DNA of 54,262 nt from a virus (Duplodnaviria > Caudoviricetes): positions 1-54,262 of IMG/VR virus record IMGVR_UViG_3300009149_000003. One strand, written 5' to 3'. The number at the start of each line of letters is the position of its first letter. Within the stretch, counting starts at the first letter, position 1. Shown here piece after piece: positions 1-9,020 of this stretch. Made by a program: the position numbers and the translations under genes. The notes beneath the pieces were generated by a model. It saw only the letters and a program-made list of their open reading frames with translations. It ran no database searches and was not told the DNA's origin.

Positions 1-123
1 CAATGGGACGCCATCTACGCCCGGCGCGGCCTCGGCTGGGACGCAAAAACGTGGATGTGGGGCGTGACGATCAGGAGGATAGGATGAACATCTCGTTCGC
101 ATGGACGGTGCCGTCGATACTCG
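1..123. repeat. Terminal direct repeat, copy 1 (circular or permuted assembly overlap)
   Basis: Bases 1-123 are identical to 54140-54262; the repeat cuts through ORFs that join across the junction. Confidence 0.95.
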
Positions 124-428
124 ATCACAGCAAAACGGTCACCCGCCGGTTCTGGAATGACGACTACGCCCGGAAGTTTCATGCTGGGGACATCGTGGAT
201 GCTTATGACCAGTGTACGCGGGCTGGCGGGAAGAAAATCGATACGATCCGCCTTACGAGTGATCCATACAAACAACGCCTGTCCGATATGCCGGACCCCC
301 ATTTCGAGCGCGAGGGCGGCACCCGGTACTGGCGCGACAAGGCCGAGTTCATTGAGGTTATGGGCGGCCCGGATGCCGTGCCGTGGGTAATTGAATTCGA
401 TTACGACACGATGGAGGTGAAGCGATGA
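84..428 (+). CDS. ASCH/PUA-like domain protein
   Basis: MNISFAWTVPSILDHSKTVTRRFW...EREGG...PWVIEF fits the ASCH pattern; AGGAGG upstream; start overlaps the stop of the 53654-54226 gene across the circular junction. Confidence 0.7.
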   Translation: MNISFAWTVPSILDHSKTVTRRFWNDDYARKFHAGDIVDAYDQCTRAGGKKIDTIRLTSDPYKQRLSDMPDPHFEREGGTRYWRDKAEFIEVMGGPDAVPWVIEFDYDTMEVKR

Positions 429-628
429 AAGAAGAACTGGAACCGTGCCCGTTCTGCAGAATGACGCATACACTTGATCATATCGAAGAGCGGTGGCGGG
501 ATGTCCAAGACCCGATATTGGGAACTATAACTCATCGTGAATACATATTGGAATGTTGTTATCTGACATTCGGTCCGTTCCGCACCATACCAGAACTAAT
601 AAAAAAGTGGAATATGAGGACGCCATGA
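425..628 (+). CDS. Lar-like (restriction alleviation family) zinc-binding protein
   Basis: LEPCPFC at the N-terminus and KKWNMRTP at the C-terminus; GGAGG RBS and ATGA overlap. Confidence 0.6.
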   Translation: MKEELEPCPFCRMTHTLDHIEERWRDVQDPILGTITHREYILECCYLTFGPFRTIPELIKKWNMRTP

Positions 629-749
629 GAAAGTATAACCCCGATCCCGCTGAATTCGAGGCCATGGTGATTGCCGGCGTAATCGCCGTGGCGATCCTCT
701 GGGTGCTTTCGTGGATCGTCAGGTCATGCGGCGGCGGAGCGATACCCCG

Positions 750-995
750 ATGAGCGACCGCGGCATCCAATGCACCATCGCCTTCGAGCCGCGCACCATC
801 CCGCCGGAAGCCTGGAACATCCGCCGCGATACATGGGGCCTTTTCACCGGCATACGCATCGAGGTCCGGTTGCCGAGACATAAGCCCGAGAAGATGAAAG
901 TCGCCGAATTCCGGATCCGCTACGGCCATGACACGGTGGCCATGCGGAGACTCAACCGGCTGCTCGCACGGGGACCGGTGGGAGATGAAACATGA
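750..995 (+). CDS. Hypothetical protein
   Basis: ORF with ATGA overlaps at both ends. Confidence 0.5.
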   Translation: MSDRGIQCTIAFEPRTIPPEAWNIRRDTWGLFTGIRIEVRLPRHKPEKMKVAEFRIRYGHDTVAMRRLNRLLARGPVGDET

Positions 996-1201
996 GACGA
1001 TATGGTGTGATGAGGTATCCCGAAGATTCCAGGTATTGTATTGAGGAAGTACACAAGCGATACCGTGATCAGTCTAGTATGGAGATGTTGGAAGATAGAT
1101 ACCAATGCCGCGAAAAGCGTCGTTACGGCCCCAATGGCTTGTATTGTTGGTGGCACAAGGATAGTCATCCAAATGTACCGGTGGACGAGGACACGTTATG
1201 A
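992..1201 (+). CDS. Small Cys/His zinc-binding protein, paralog of 2294-2476
   Basis: YCIE...QC..KR.YGPNGLYCWWH motif shared with 2294-2476. Confidence 0.6.
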   Translation: MRRYGVMRYPEDSRYCIEEVHKRYRDQSSMEMLEDRYQCREKRRYGPNGLYCWWHKDSHPNVPVDEDTL

Positions 1202-2004
1202 CCTCTGGCGAGATACTGTCGTTGCTCATGGCGAAACACGACGATAGCGTCTGCGTTCCGGAATGTAAGACCGGCGCGACATGGGGTGGGCATTGTCCGC
1301 GCCTGGACCTCTGGGTAATGGCCCGTTCATGGGCGCACCCCAGGTTCATCGGTTACGAGATCAAAATCCGGCGCTCCGACTTCGTGGCGGATAACAAGTG
1401 GCCCGCGTATCTCGACTACTGTCGAGAGTTCTATTTCGTGGCCCCCCGCGGCCTGATTGACACCGGAGAACTGCCGACCGAAGCGGGCTTGCTGGAGGTC
1501 TCGACCACCGGGACGCGGCTGTTCACGACGAAAAAGGCGCCGGTGAGGAACATCGTGATTCCCGACGACCTCTACCTATACATCCTCATGAGCCGCGTTC
1601 TCATCCGGCTCGAGGGCATGGATCCGGCAATGCCGGACGGTCGCCGCGCCTATTGGGAAGCATGGCTGGAGGACCGGAAAATTGACCATAATGTCGGTTG
1701 TAAGGTTTCAAAGGCGCTCCGTGAACGCATAAACGAAGAAATCATGGAAGCGCGGTCCGAAAATAAAAGGCTACAACAGGAATTGAGCGAACTTGCCGAA
1801 GTGCGAGCAATGCTCGATGAACTCGGATGCCGAAGCCGCTGGGACATCTATGGTAAAATACGCGACCTGAAACCCGGTGTGCCTGACCAGATGAAACGCA
1901 ACCTCGAATGTATATCCATCCGGCTCCAACAGGTACTCTCGGACATCGAGAAGGCCGATGCCAAACGGGCGGCTACGGTCGCGCAAGGGGAACTTGTCCT
2001 ATGA
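1198..2004 (+). CDS. MmcB-like PD-(D/E)XK nuclease with C-terminal coiled coil
   Basis: RLDLWV...GYEIKIRRSDFVADNKWPAYLDYCREFYFVAP is typical of the MmcB family. Confidence 0.75.
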   Translation: MTSGEILSLLMAKHDDSVCVPECKTGATWGGHCPRLDLWVMARSWAHPRFIGYEIKIRRSDFVADNKWPAYLDYCREFYFVAPRGLIDTGELPTEAGLLEVSTTGTRLFTTKKAPVRNIVIPDDLYLYILMSRVLIRLEGMDPAMPDGRRAYWEAWLEDRKIDHNVGCKVSKALRERINEEIMEARSENKRLQQELSELAEVRAMLDELGCRSRWDIYGKIRDLKPGVPDQMKRNLECISIRLQQVLSDIEKADAKRAATVAQGELVL

Positions 2005-2293
2005 CCTGGCTACGTGCCCGCTGGTTCGACGCGCTCTGGCGGCTCGCGGGATGGATGCGGAACCACACACAGGAGGCACCATGAGATCAGTCGAGATTCA
2101 TATCGACTTGGACAAACGATGTATCCGCTGTCATCGCAAAGGCGCTACACAAAACGGGCTATGTTTGGCTTGCATTTCGAAAGCGATAAAGAGCGGTGAA
2201 TATGATCCCATCATACGCAAACGAAACACGGAGGCACCATGAAAATCGCAATGTCAGACTTTTCATACAGGGGACCACTGAAAGGAGCGTGAC

Positions 2294-2476
2294 ATGAGAA
2301 CCTATGGACAGTACAAAATGCCAGAGAATAAGTACCACTGTATCGAGCCGGTGCGGGAAGGTCGTTATGAGCATCAGTGCTTCAATAAGCGCGGGCATGG
2401 TCCCGATGGACTGTACTGCTGGCAGCACAGCAAAAGGCATCCGGCGGCCGATGCGCAGATCAGGGACATCTCATGA
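2294..2476 (+). CDS. Small Cys/His zinc-binding protein, paralog of 992-1201
   Basis: HCIE...QCFNKRGHGPDGLYCWQH; AAGGAG RBS. Confidence 0.6.
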   Translation: MRTYGQYKMPENKYHCIEPVREGRYEHQCFNKRGHGPDGLYCWQHSKRHPAADAQIRDIS

Positions 2477-2715
2477 CGGCCCCCGGCGTCACCCATGATA
2501 TCCCGCCGGAAGAAGGCGATGCCCTTCTATACTGGCGGACCATGGCTGGCATGACACAACGTCAGGTGGCTGAGCAGATATTCATCGAGAAAAACGGCGT
2601 CAACAGGTACGAACGGCACAAAGGGCGCATACCACCGTGGCGCATGGACCTGCTCGTCACCCTGTTCAAATGCGGGACGAGAGCGCGGTTCCTTCAGGCG
2701 GGACGGACGCTATGA
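2473..2715 (+). CDS. XRE-family helix-turn-helix protein
   Basis: WRTMAGMTQRQVAEQIFIEKNGVNRYE...IP HTH_3 pattern. Confidence 0.7.
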   Translation: MTAPGVTHDIPPEEGDALLYWRTMAGMTQRQVAEQIFIEKNGVNRYERHKGRIPPWRMDLLVTLFKCGTRARFLQAGRTL

Positions 2716-2894
2716 GATTTCTCCTCTACGTCGCCATCTTTGCCGTGTCCTGGGCGCTCGCAATCGGCATCGGCTGGTTGATCGGAACGGGGCTCGTCTG
2801 GCTCATCCGGCAGTGGGAACCCTCGGCGCTGGTGATCGCGGCGGTTGCGATAGCAATGGTGGCGGGCGCGTATTCACGGGCGAGGGATAGATGA
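2712..2894 (+). CDS. Small membrane protein with two hydrophobic helices
   Basis: MRFLLYVAIFAVSWALAIGIGWLIG... hydrophobic; ATGA overlaps. Confidence 0.6.
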   Translation: MRFLLYVAIFAVSWALAIGIGWLIGTGLVWLIRQWEPSALVIAAVAIAMVAGAYSRARDR

Positions 2895-3634
2895 ACTGGC
2901 CCGGCGACATGCCTGAGACGGTGGTTGTCTCGTTCAGCGGCGGGAAGGACTCGACGGCGGCCCTCCTGTGGGTCCGTGAGCACATGCCGGAATTACCCTG
3001 CTACGTTGTCTGGGCTGACACGGGTTGGGAGCATCCGGGGCTTGAAGCGTGGAATCGGGCGATAATGGGACAACTCGGATACAAACTGACGGTGGTGCGA
3101 AGCATATACACATTTGCAAATCTGGTGAAGAATCGCAAATGGTTCCCGAGTGCATCGTGCCGTCTCTGTACGGCTCGCCTGAAACAGGAACCGATTGAGA
3201 AGTTCATCAGGTCTTTACCGGCAGATTCCATCATTCACGTTTCCGGCCTTCGGGCAGATGAGAGCCGAATACGGGCCGGACGGGCACCGTGGGGCATTAA
3301 CTACCGTCTGACCAATGGCAGGCGCACGGTATACGAATTTCTGCCGATCCATAACTGGACTGCCGAACAGGTGCGGGGGTACATCCGGGCGCACAGCCTT
3401 CCACTCCACCCGGTATACGGCCACCTTTCCCGCTTATCCTGCCGCCTATGCATCTTCCAGACCCGCCGGGAAATAGAAGCCATCGAACATTATGACCCCG
3501 AAGCCATCGAAATCATAGAGAGCCTTGAGGAAGAAATCGGGCGCACAATGTCGCCGCTCCAATACCCTATCAGATCGCTCATAAGGGCGAGACAGGCGCA
3601 GACGAAACTCGAACTCTTCCCGGCAGGAGCATGA
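2891..3634 (+). CDS. Phosphoadenosine phosphosulfate reductase (PP-loop) family protein
   Basis: SFSGGKDS PP-loop, DTGWE, CT.RLK, GLRADES..R, PIHNWT and RLSCRLC motifs. Confidence 0.9.
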   Translation: MNWPGDMPETVVVSFSGGKDSTAALLWVREHMPELPCYVVWADTGWEHPGLEAWNRAIMGQLGYKLTVVRSIYTFANLVKNRKWFPSASCRLCTARLKQEPIEKFIRSLPADSIIHVSGLRADESRIRAGRAPWGINYRLTNGRRTVYEFLPIHNWTAEQVRGYIRAHSLPLHPVYGHLSRLSCRLCIFQTRREIEAIEHYDPEAIEIIESLEEEIGRTMSPLQYPIRSLIRARQAQTKLELFPAGA

Positions 3635-3638
3635 ACGC

Positions 3639-4511
3639 ATGAGCAAGCCACCGGCATTCCAGTTCTACCCCCGCGATTGGATGGAGAAACGAGTGCTCCG
3701 TATGTCGGATGCCGCCCAAGGTATTTATATGCGTCTACTCTGTTATATGTGGATGGACTCACCCGACCAGTGTTCGATTGAAAAAAATGACAAAATGATC
3801 GCAAGATTGCTTTCATTATCGTGCCGGAAATGGAAAAACATCCGCGCGGAATTGTTCTGGAAAGACGACCCGATATTTATTGAAACAGATACCCATTATA
3901 TTTCAGCCCGGTTGCGTAAAGAAAAGGAAAAACAAGATATTAAGAGCGGTAAGGCACATAATTCGGCCGTTGCGAGATGGGGCGAATCCACACCACAACC
4001 ACCATGCGAACGCAATGCGAACGCAATGCCGACGGTATGCTCTTCATCTTCTACTTCAACTACAGTAACTACCCCCCCTAACCCCCCCTTGCCAGGGGGG
4101 GATGCGATTGAAAAGCGCAAGCGATGGGAAAAGCGAAACGGGAAACCATCAGCACCGACCGTACCGGCTGTACCCGATCCGCCACCCGATACCAGCGCCG
4201 CCCGCCTCGAAGCCGAACGCCGGGACGCATACGCCGCCATACTGCTTTCCCGCCGGCCGAAAATCCACGAGTGGTTCGACGCGAATGTGCGTGCTGTTCT
4301 CCAGGAGGAATTGACAGAGACCAGTTACCGCGCCTATATCGAGCCGATTATCCCGGTCACAATCACCAAACAGGCGGCTGTCCTGTACTACCCGGATCCC
4401 GGATTCACCCCGATGATCAACCTGGCGCGGATAACGGAGATCATCCAAGCACAGCCAAAGTGCGAGCACTGCGTCGTCACCCTAACAGCGGAAATGGAGG
4501 CCAGAACATGA
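3639..4511 (+). CDS. Replication initiator (DUF1376/YdaU-like N-terminus, DnaA-N-like C-terminus)
   Basis: PAFQFYPRDW...MSDAAQGIYMRLLCYMW N-terminus; low-complexity centre with repeats; C-terminal LQEELTETSYRAYIEPI...YYPDPGF. Confidence 0.8.
   Translation: MSKPPAFQFYPRDWMEKRVLRMSDAAQGIYMRLLCYMWMDSPDQCSIEKNDKMIARLLSLSCRKWKNIRAELFWKDDPIFIETDTHYISARLRKEKEKQDIKSGKAHNSAVARWGESTPQPPCERNANAMPTVCSSSSTSTTVTTPPNPPLPGGDAIEKRKRWEKRNGKPSAPTVPAVPDPPPDTSAARLEAERRDAYAAILLSRRPKIHEWFDANVRAVLQEELTETSYRAYIEPIIPVTITKQAAVLYYPDPGFTPMINLARITEIIQAQPKCEHCVVTLTAEMEART
4004..4100. repeat. Probable replication origin within the initiator gene
   Basis: Tandem 11-mer ATGCGAACGCA twice plus a partial copy (4004-4029), followed by C-run/G-run tracts (about 4073-4101), as in lambda-O-type origins. 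Confidence 0.55.
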
Positions 4512-4759
4512 TCAGGTACAAAGAGGAACGAGAAAAGCGCGGATGGGAAAAAGTAGAGCACGGTTGGTGGTGCAATGTAAAGCAGAGCCAGGGGATATGC
4601 CATGAGTCCGATGACAAGTGGCATGTCTGGGGCGGTGGGGAACACTGCCTGATACAATGCCGGTTTGCCTTCCGCGAGGTCATTGACTTGGGCGCGTTCA
4701 AGACGCTCCGGGCGGCGATTGAATTTGCGGACGCTGTATACGATAGGGAGAGGACATGA
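4508..4759 (+). CDS. Hypothetical protein
   Basis: GGAGG RBS and ATGA overlap with the initiator; MIRYKEE start. Confidence 0.55.
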   Translation: MIRYKEEREKRGWEKVEHGWWCNVKQSQGICHESDDKWHVWGGGEHCLIQCRFAFREVIDLGAFKTLRAAIEFADAVYDRERT

Positions 4760-5268
4760 ACCACCCCAGCATCCAGTTCACCATTCCTATCACACCATCG
4801 GCGCAGATGCGGGCTCGGAGCACGGCACGGGGCGGATTTGCTCGTACCTACAAGCACCCGGAGCAGAGGCGGCATGAAGAACAACTCATGCCCCTGCTCG
4901 TCCAGCACCGGCCCCTCGAACCATTCACCGGCCCGCTGTCCCTGACGGTGATGGCTTTCCTTCCTATCCCCGGCTCGAAGCCGAAGTGGTGGCATGATGC
5001 GGCGCAGAACGGCGCACTACTACCCGTCACCAAGCCGGACCTCGACAACTTGGTGAAGAACATCAAGGACTGTATGCAGACGGTTGGCTTCTACGCCAAC
5101 GACTCGCAGGTAGTTGAAGTCGTGGCGCAGAAACTTTACAGCACATGCCCGCGGTGGGCAATCAAGTTGTTGGAACTCCCACAAGTGGACGCGAAGGAAT
5201 GGAAGCTGCGAGGCAGTCAGGAAGTGGCAACTAAGCCGTCCAACTCAGGGGAAGATAGACGATCCTGA
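4756..5268 (+). CDS. rusA: RusA-family Holliday junction resolvase
   Basis: TKPDLDNLVKNIKD...NDSQVV..K.YS..PR signature. Confidence 0.9.
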   Translation: MNHPSIQFTIPITPSAQMRARSTARGGFARTYKHPEQRRHEEQLMPLLVQHRPLEPFTGPLSLTVMAFLPIPGSKPKWWHDAAQNGALLPVTKPDLDNLVKNIKDCMQTVGFYANDSQVVEVVAQKLYSTCPRWAIKLLELPQVDAKEWKLRGSQEVATKPSNSGEDRRS

Positions 5269-5288
5269 CACGTTTTAGGAGGTATTCC

Positions 5289-5465
5289 ATGTCTGACGTT
5301 CCCTCGATCCTCTGGTTCCTTGCCGACTGGCGTATCTGCGCTGCACTTGTGGTGCTCGAAATCTTGGTATTCGGTGCCGCGATCGGCGGGGCGGTCCTGT
5401 TCATGTTCCGGAAACGTCAAATGGCAACCGGTATCGAACAGGGTAAGTTGATGGGAGGCCAATGA
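5289..5465 (+). CDS. Small membrane protein (58 aa, not in ORF track)
   Basis: AGGAGG RBS; MSDVPSILWFLADWRICAALVVLEILVFGAAIGGAVLFMFRKR hydrophobic helix. Confidence 0.55.
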   Translation: MSDVPSILWFLADWRICAALVVLEILVFGAAIGGAVLFMFRKRQMATGIEQGKLMGGQ

Positions 5466-5772
5466 AATTGTACTATGCCATAACCGCCGCTCATAGGAGG
5501 CCGCTGATCCGCACATTCGTCAGCAAGGCGGACTGCGATGCCTGGGTGGCGCAGTCGCCACGTACACGGCGGTCGCTCACTGTCACGGAGCGCGTCCGAT
5601 ACCGCCGGTGGTGCGCACGGGGCGAGGGTAAGTACGAGACGAATTTCTGGCGGGCAACAAAAAGTGGTTGCCAAAGATACAACCAGTGAAAATGTTTCAT
5701 GGTATGGAAGGATAACTAAGGGGTTACGATATGTCACGAATGAGCCGACGCGATTGATATTGCAGGGCATTT

Positions 5773-6045
5773 ATGAACCAATTCAAACGATACTTGTGTG
5801 TAGTCAAGGAAATAAGGCATGAACGAGGGGATATATGCGAGGCATGTGGAGAAGAGGCGCATCATCCACACCATATTATACCGGTGAGCGAGACATCAAT
5901 ACATTCCGAGCTGGTGTTTGAAAAGGCAAATATGATACTGCTCTGTGATGATTGCCATGCGTTAATGCACCCGCTGATAAGGAATATCTGGGAATGGGGA
6001 AAAGCGAGGAAAGGCCGAGGCCATGCACTGTCGCGCCAGAACTAA
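5773..6045 (+). CDS. Small HNH endonuclease next to terminase (possible packaging cofactor)
   Basis: CEACG...HHII...N.ILLCDDCH HNH motif; located just upstream of terS. Confidence 0.8.
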   Translation: MNQFKRYLCVVKEIRHERGDICEACGEEAHHPHHIIPVSETSIHSELVFEKANMILLCDDCHALMHPLIRNIWEWGKARKGRGHALSRQN

Positions 6046-6244
6046 CCGGAACGATGGATGTGTTGAAAAAGTTGCTGGCTATCGAACTTGACCGACTTGA
6101 TGTGGCTGTGCGGATTGAGAAGGAACGGAACATCGTTTTCCCGGAGACAACCGTGATCATCAGGGATATACAGAAGTTGACGGCGGCGATACATGGCAAG
6201 GATAAATCAGATGTAGGTGAATGGGACGAGATAGGAATGGGTGA

Positions 6245-6631
6245 ATGGTGATGGCAAAAATGGGACGACCTAAGATAGAGATCGATTACGTCCTCCTCGA
6301 ACGGCTCTGTACCATCCAATGTACCGATGCCGAGATAGCAGCGTGCCTAAAGATATCGGAACAGACACTTGACAATCGGAAGCGCGATGACCCCACATTT
6401 TTGAGCATCTATAAAACGGCTAAGGATGGGGGCAAGATGTCTCTCCGTCGCGAGATGTACGCGAAGGCGAAAGGCGGCAATGTGACCATGATGATCTGGT
6501 TGTCGAAGCAGTACCTCGGCATGGCCGATAAGACGGACTCGAACGTCAACATGCGTATCAATTCCTGGGACGACCTCGAAAGGGAAGTGGGTGCCGAGAA
6601 ACAGCAGGGGCAAGCCGACGATGGGGCGTAA
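6245..6631 (+). CDS. terS: Terminase small subunit
   Basis: GRPKIEIDY...CTDAEIAACL HTH, GNVTMMIWLSKQYLG motif; directly upstream of terL. Confidence 0.8.
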   Translation: MVMAKMGRPKIEIDYVLLERLCTIQCTDAEIAACLKISEQTLDNRKRDDPTFLSIYKTAKDGGKMSLRREMYAKAKGGNVTMMIWLSKQYLGMADKTDSNVNMRINSWDDLEREVGAEKQQGQADDGA

Positions 6632-8210
6632 CCATGCGATACTCTATCTGCTCATGGCGGCGGTCATGGTAAGCGCGGGCCGGCCGGTTGTGTCGAGCGA
6701 GATGCGCGAGATATGGCGCCGTTCGCATGCCGACTGGTGCTACTTCGCCGAGAAGATACTGAACGTCAACCTCGACAGCGATCAGCAACGCATCGTCCGG
6801 GCCGTCCAACACGAACCCCGCGTCTCCGTCCGGTCGGGCAATGCCCGCGGCAAAGACTTCATCGCCGCCGTCGTGTCGAACTGCTGGTTGCATCTGTACC
6901 GCCCATCGAAGGTCGTCAGTACGGCGCCGACCGGCCGTCAGGTTGAATCGATTATGATGACCGAGATCGCCCGCATCCGGAAGGGAGCCCGCGTTCCTCT
7001 CGGCGGTCGCCCGCTGGTGAACGGCATCAAGTTCGACGACGAGCCCGACAGGTTCCTGATCGCGTTCAAGGCCGCCGATACGGAAGACGAGACCTGGACG
7101 GGGTTCCACTCGCCGAACCTCATGGTCGTCGTGACCGAGGCATCCGGCGTCAATGACCGCACGTTCGACAATATCGAGAAAATCCTGCCCGGCAATTCAC
7201 GCCTCCTGATAGTGTTCAATGCCATCCGCGCCAGCGGTGAGGCGTTTCGAAGCATCAAGGATCCCCGGTACACGTCCTTCCGGTTAAATTGCCTGGACGC
7301 GCCGAATGTCAAGGCGCGGCGCATACTCATCCCCGGGCAAGTCGATTGGGAATGGGTGAACGGCCTGATCCACAAGCCGGGCATGGTGACGGCGATCGAA
7401 CCCGATGAAGCACGGGCGGACCTGTACGATTTCGAGTGGGAAGGGCAATGGTACCGCCCCGGTGACTTGTTCCTCGTGATGGTGATAGGGGAGCCGCCGC
7501 GGGAGCAGGAGAACCAGCTGATCCCCTACGCATGGACGCAACTCGCGATTGCCCGCTGGCATGAGCGCAAGGGGACACCGGCCGAGGGTGCGCCGCTCTC
7601 GCTTGGTGTGGATGTGGCCGGCATGGGAGCCGACAGAACGTCGTTTACGTACCGCTACGAGACGCTGGTGCAGAAGATACAGCGATACGCCAAGTCCGAT
7701 CACATGGTGACCGTCGGGAAGATCGTGAACATCCTGAACGCGAATCCGGGCAGCCATGCCTTCATCGACACGATCGGCGAGGGGGCCGGTGTTTACAGCC
7801 GGCTTGCCGAACTTGAGGCATCCGGGGCCATCCCGAAGGGTTCGGTCACCAGCGCGAAGGGGTCTAACAGCGCACGGGGCAAGCGAGACTTCACGGGGCT
7901 GCGGACGTTCGCCAACATGCGGGCGTACTGCCATTGGGCGATTCGGGATGCGCTCGATCCCTCGTTCGACAGCCACCGGGAACCGCTCGCCCTGCCGCCC
8001 GACGACGACCTGGTACAGGAGTTGTGTGAGATTCATTGGGACCCGAAGAGCAACGGGGACATCCTCATCGAGGACAAGGACGATATCAAGAAGCGGCTGG
8101 GGCGGTCGCCGGACGACTCGGACAGCCTCGGGGAATCGTACTTCCCGCCGATGAGACAGCGGCAGGTGACAGGCACATTTGACCGGCGGCTCTTGGGGCT
8201 GCCGGTGTGA
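6621..8210 (+). CDS. terL: Terminase large subunit
   Basis: VRSGNARGKD Walker A, STAPT, VVVTEASG Walker B, LGVDVAGMGAD nuclease motif, RSPDDSD; start codon uncertain (6621 vs 6702). Confidence 0.92.
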   Translation: MGRNHAILYLLMAAVMVSAGRPVVSSEMREIWRRSHADWCYFAEKILNVNLDSDQQRIVRAVQHEPRVSVRSGNARGKDFIAAVVSNCWLHLYRPSKVVSTAPTGRQVESIMMTEIARIRKGARVPLGGRPLVNGIKFDDEPDRFLIAFKAADTEDETWTGFHSPNLMVVVTEASGVNDRTFDNIEKILPGNSRLLIVFNAIRASGEAFRSIKDPRYTSFRLNCLDAPNVKARRILIPGQVDWEWVNGLIHKPGMVTAIEPDEARADLYDFEWEGQWYRPGDLFLVMVIGEPPREQENQLIPYAWTQLAIARWHERKGTPAEGAPLSLGVDVAGMGADRTSFTYRYETLVQKIQRYAKSDHMVTVGKIVNILNANPGSHAFIDTIGEGAGVYSRLAELEASGAIPKGSVTSAKGSNSARGKRDFTGLRTFANMRAYCHWAIRDALDPSFDSHREPLALPPDDDLVQELCEIHWDPKSNGDILIEDKDDIKKRLGRSPDDSDSLGESYFPPMRQRQVTGTFDRRLLGLPV

Positions 8211-8803
8211 AAGGAGAAGGGGAGATGTTATCAGATGATATGTTTGTTAGGTTACTATATAAGTGTAACCGCTGCGGAATAATAAATCCTGCACGTGTGA
8301 TTATACACGATTTCCATAATTCTCATTCAGGAACAGGTGGGGCGTGGGAAGAAACTTTTACATTGATAGTACATGAATGCGATAAAGAGAAAAAGTATTA
8401 TGGGCGCGTTGAATTGATGGGCCTGGATGATATAACACCGTCCGACGATCCATTAATTGAAACGGCCAAACAGATATGTAGAGAAGAAGAAAATAAGGTA
8501 ATTAAGGCTGCCGAACAGATATGTAAAGATACAGAAATAGTAAGGGGTGATAAACTGAATTTTGATGAGTATGACCCGGTACTCAGACCACAATACCGGT
8601 GTAGAAATTGCGGTATGATAAACCCCCCACATACGGTATTTCGATGTGACAGCTGTAAAACGGATTTCAAAACAGATGTGTTATTTCACCATTGCAATGA
8701 AAAGACAGATGTTTATGGCAAGATTGAGGTAATGAGTTATGTAGAGGTGTTTCGGCCCAAAGATTCAAAAGAATCAGAAAGGAGAGAAGGCGATGCAGAT
8801 TGA
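8207..8803 (+). CDS. Protein with a duplicated CxxC...HxC zinc-binding domain
   Basis: YKCNRCG...HECD...YGRVEL and YRCRNCG...HHCN...YGKIEV; AT-rich; probable start ATG about 8225. Confidence 0.6.
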   Translation: MKGEGEMLSDDMFVRLLYKCNRCGIINPARVIIHDFHNSHSGTGGAWEETFTLIVHECDKEKKYYGRVELMGLDDITPSDDPLIETAKQICREEENKVIKAAEQICKDTEIVRGDKLNFDEYDPVLRPQYRCRNCGMINPPHTVFRCDSCKTDFKTDVLFHHCNEKTDVYGKIEVMSYVEVFRPKDSKESERREGDAD

Positions 8804-8987
8804 ACACGTGTACCGCTGTATGCGGTGCGGGAAGGAAGTTGTGATCCCGGTGTCGGGCGATCTCCACATGATGAGCGTACCCGGCCAAGACTTCATCACC
8901 GACGGCATTCCGGAGAACCACTACTGCGACCAGGACAGGGGTATCGTCGGGCGGCTGGAACTGATCGGGATGAATGTGAGAGGGTGA
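8793..8987 (+). CDS. Single-copy CxxC...HxC zinc-binding protein, paralog of 8207-8803 repeats
   Basis: YRCMRCG...HYCD...VGRLELIG. Confidence 0.6.
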   Translation: MQIEHVYRCMRCGKEVVIPVSGDLHMMSVPGQDFITDGIPENHYCDQDRGIVGRLELIGMNVRG

Positions 8988-9020
8988 GGCGTAGTGCTGC
9001 ATGCGGAAAAAGGAGGGGCG

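Noticed and set aside
1-123. Biological terminal repeat
   Set aside because: It cuts through two coupled ORFs and the phage is temperate; an assembly overlap of a circular contig is more likely.
5216-5270. GTCAGGA/TCCTGAC stem with inner hairpins at the end of rusA
   Set aside because: It lies within the ORF, the stems are short, and it matches no ribozyme or riboswitch consensus I can recognise.
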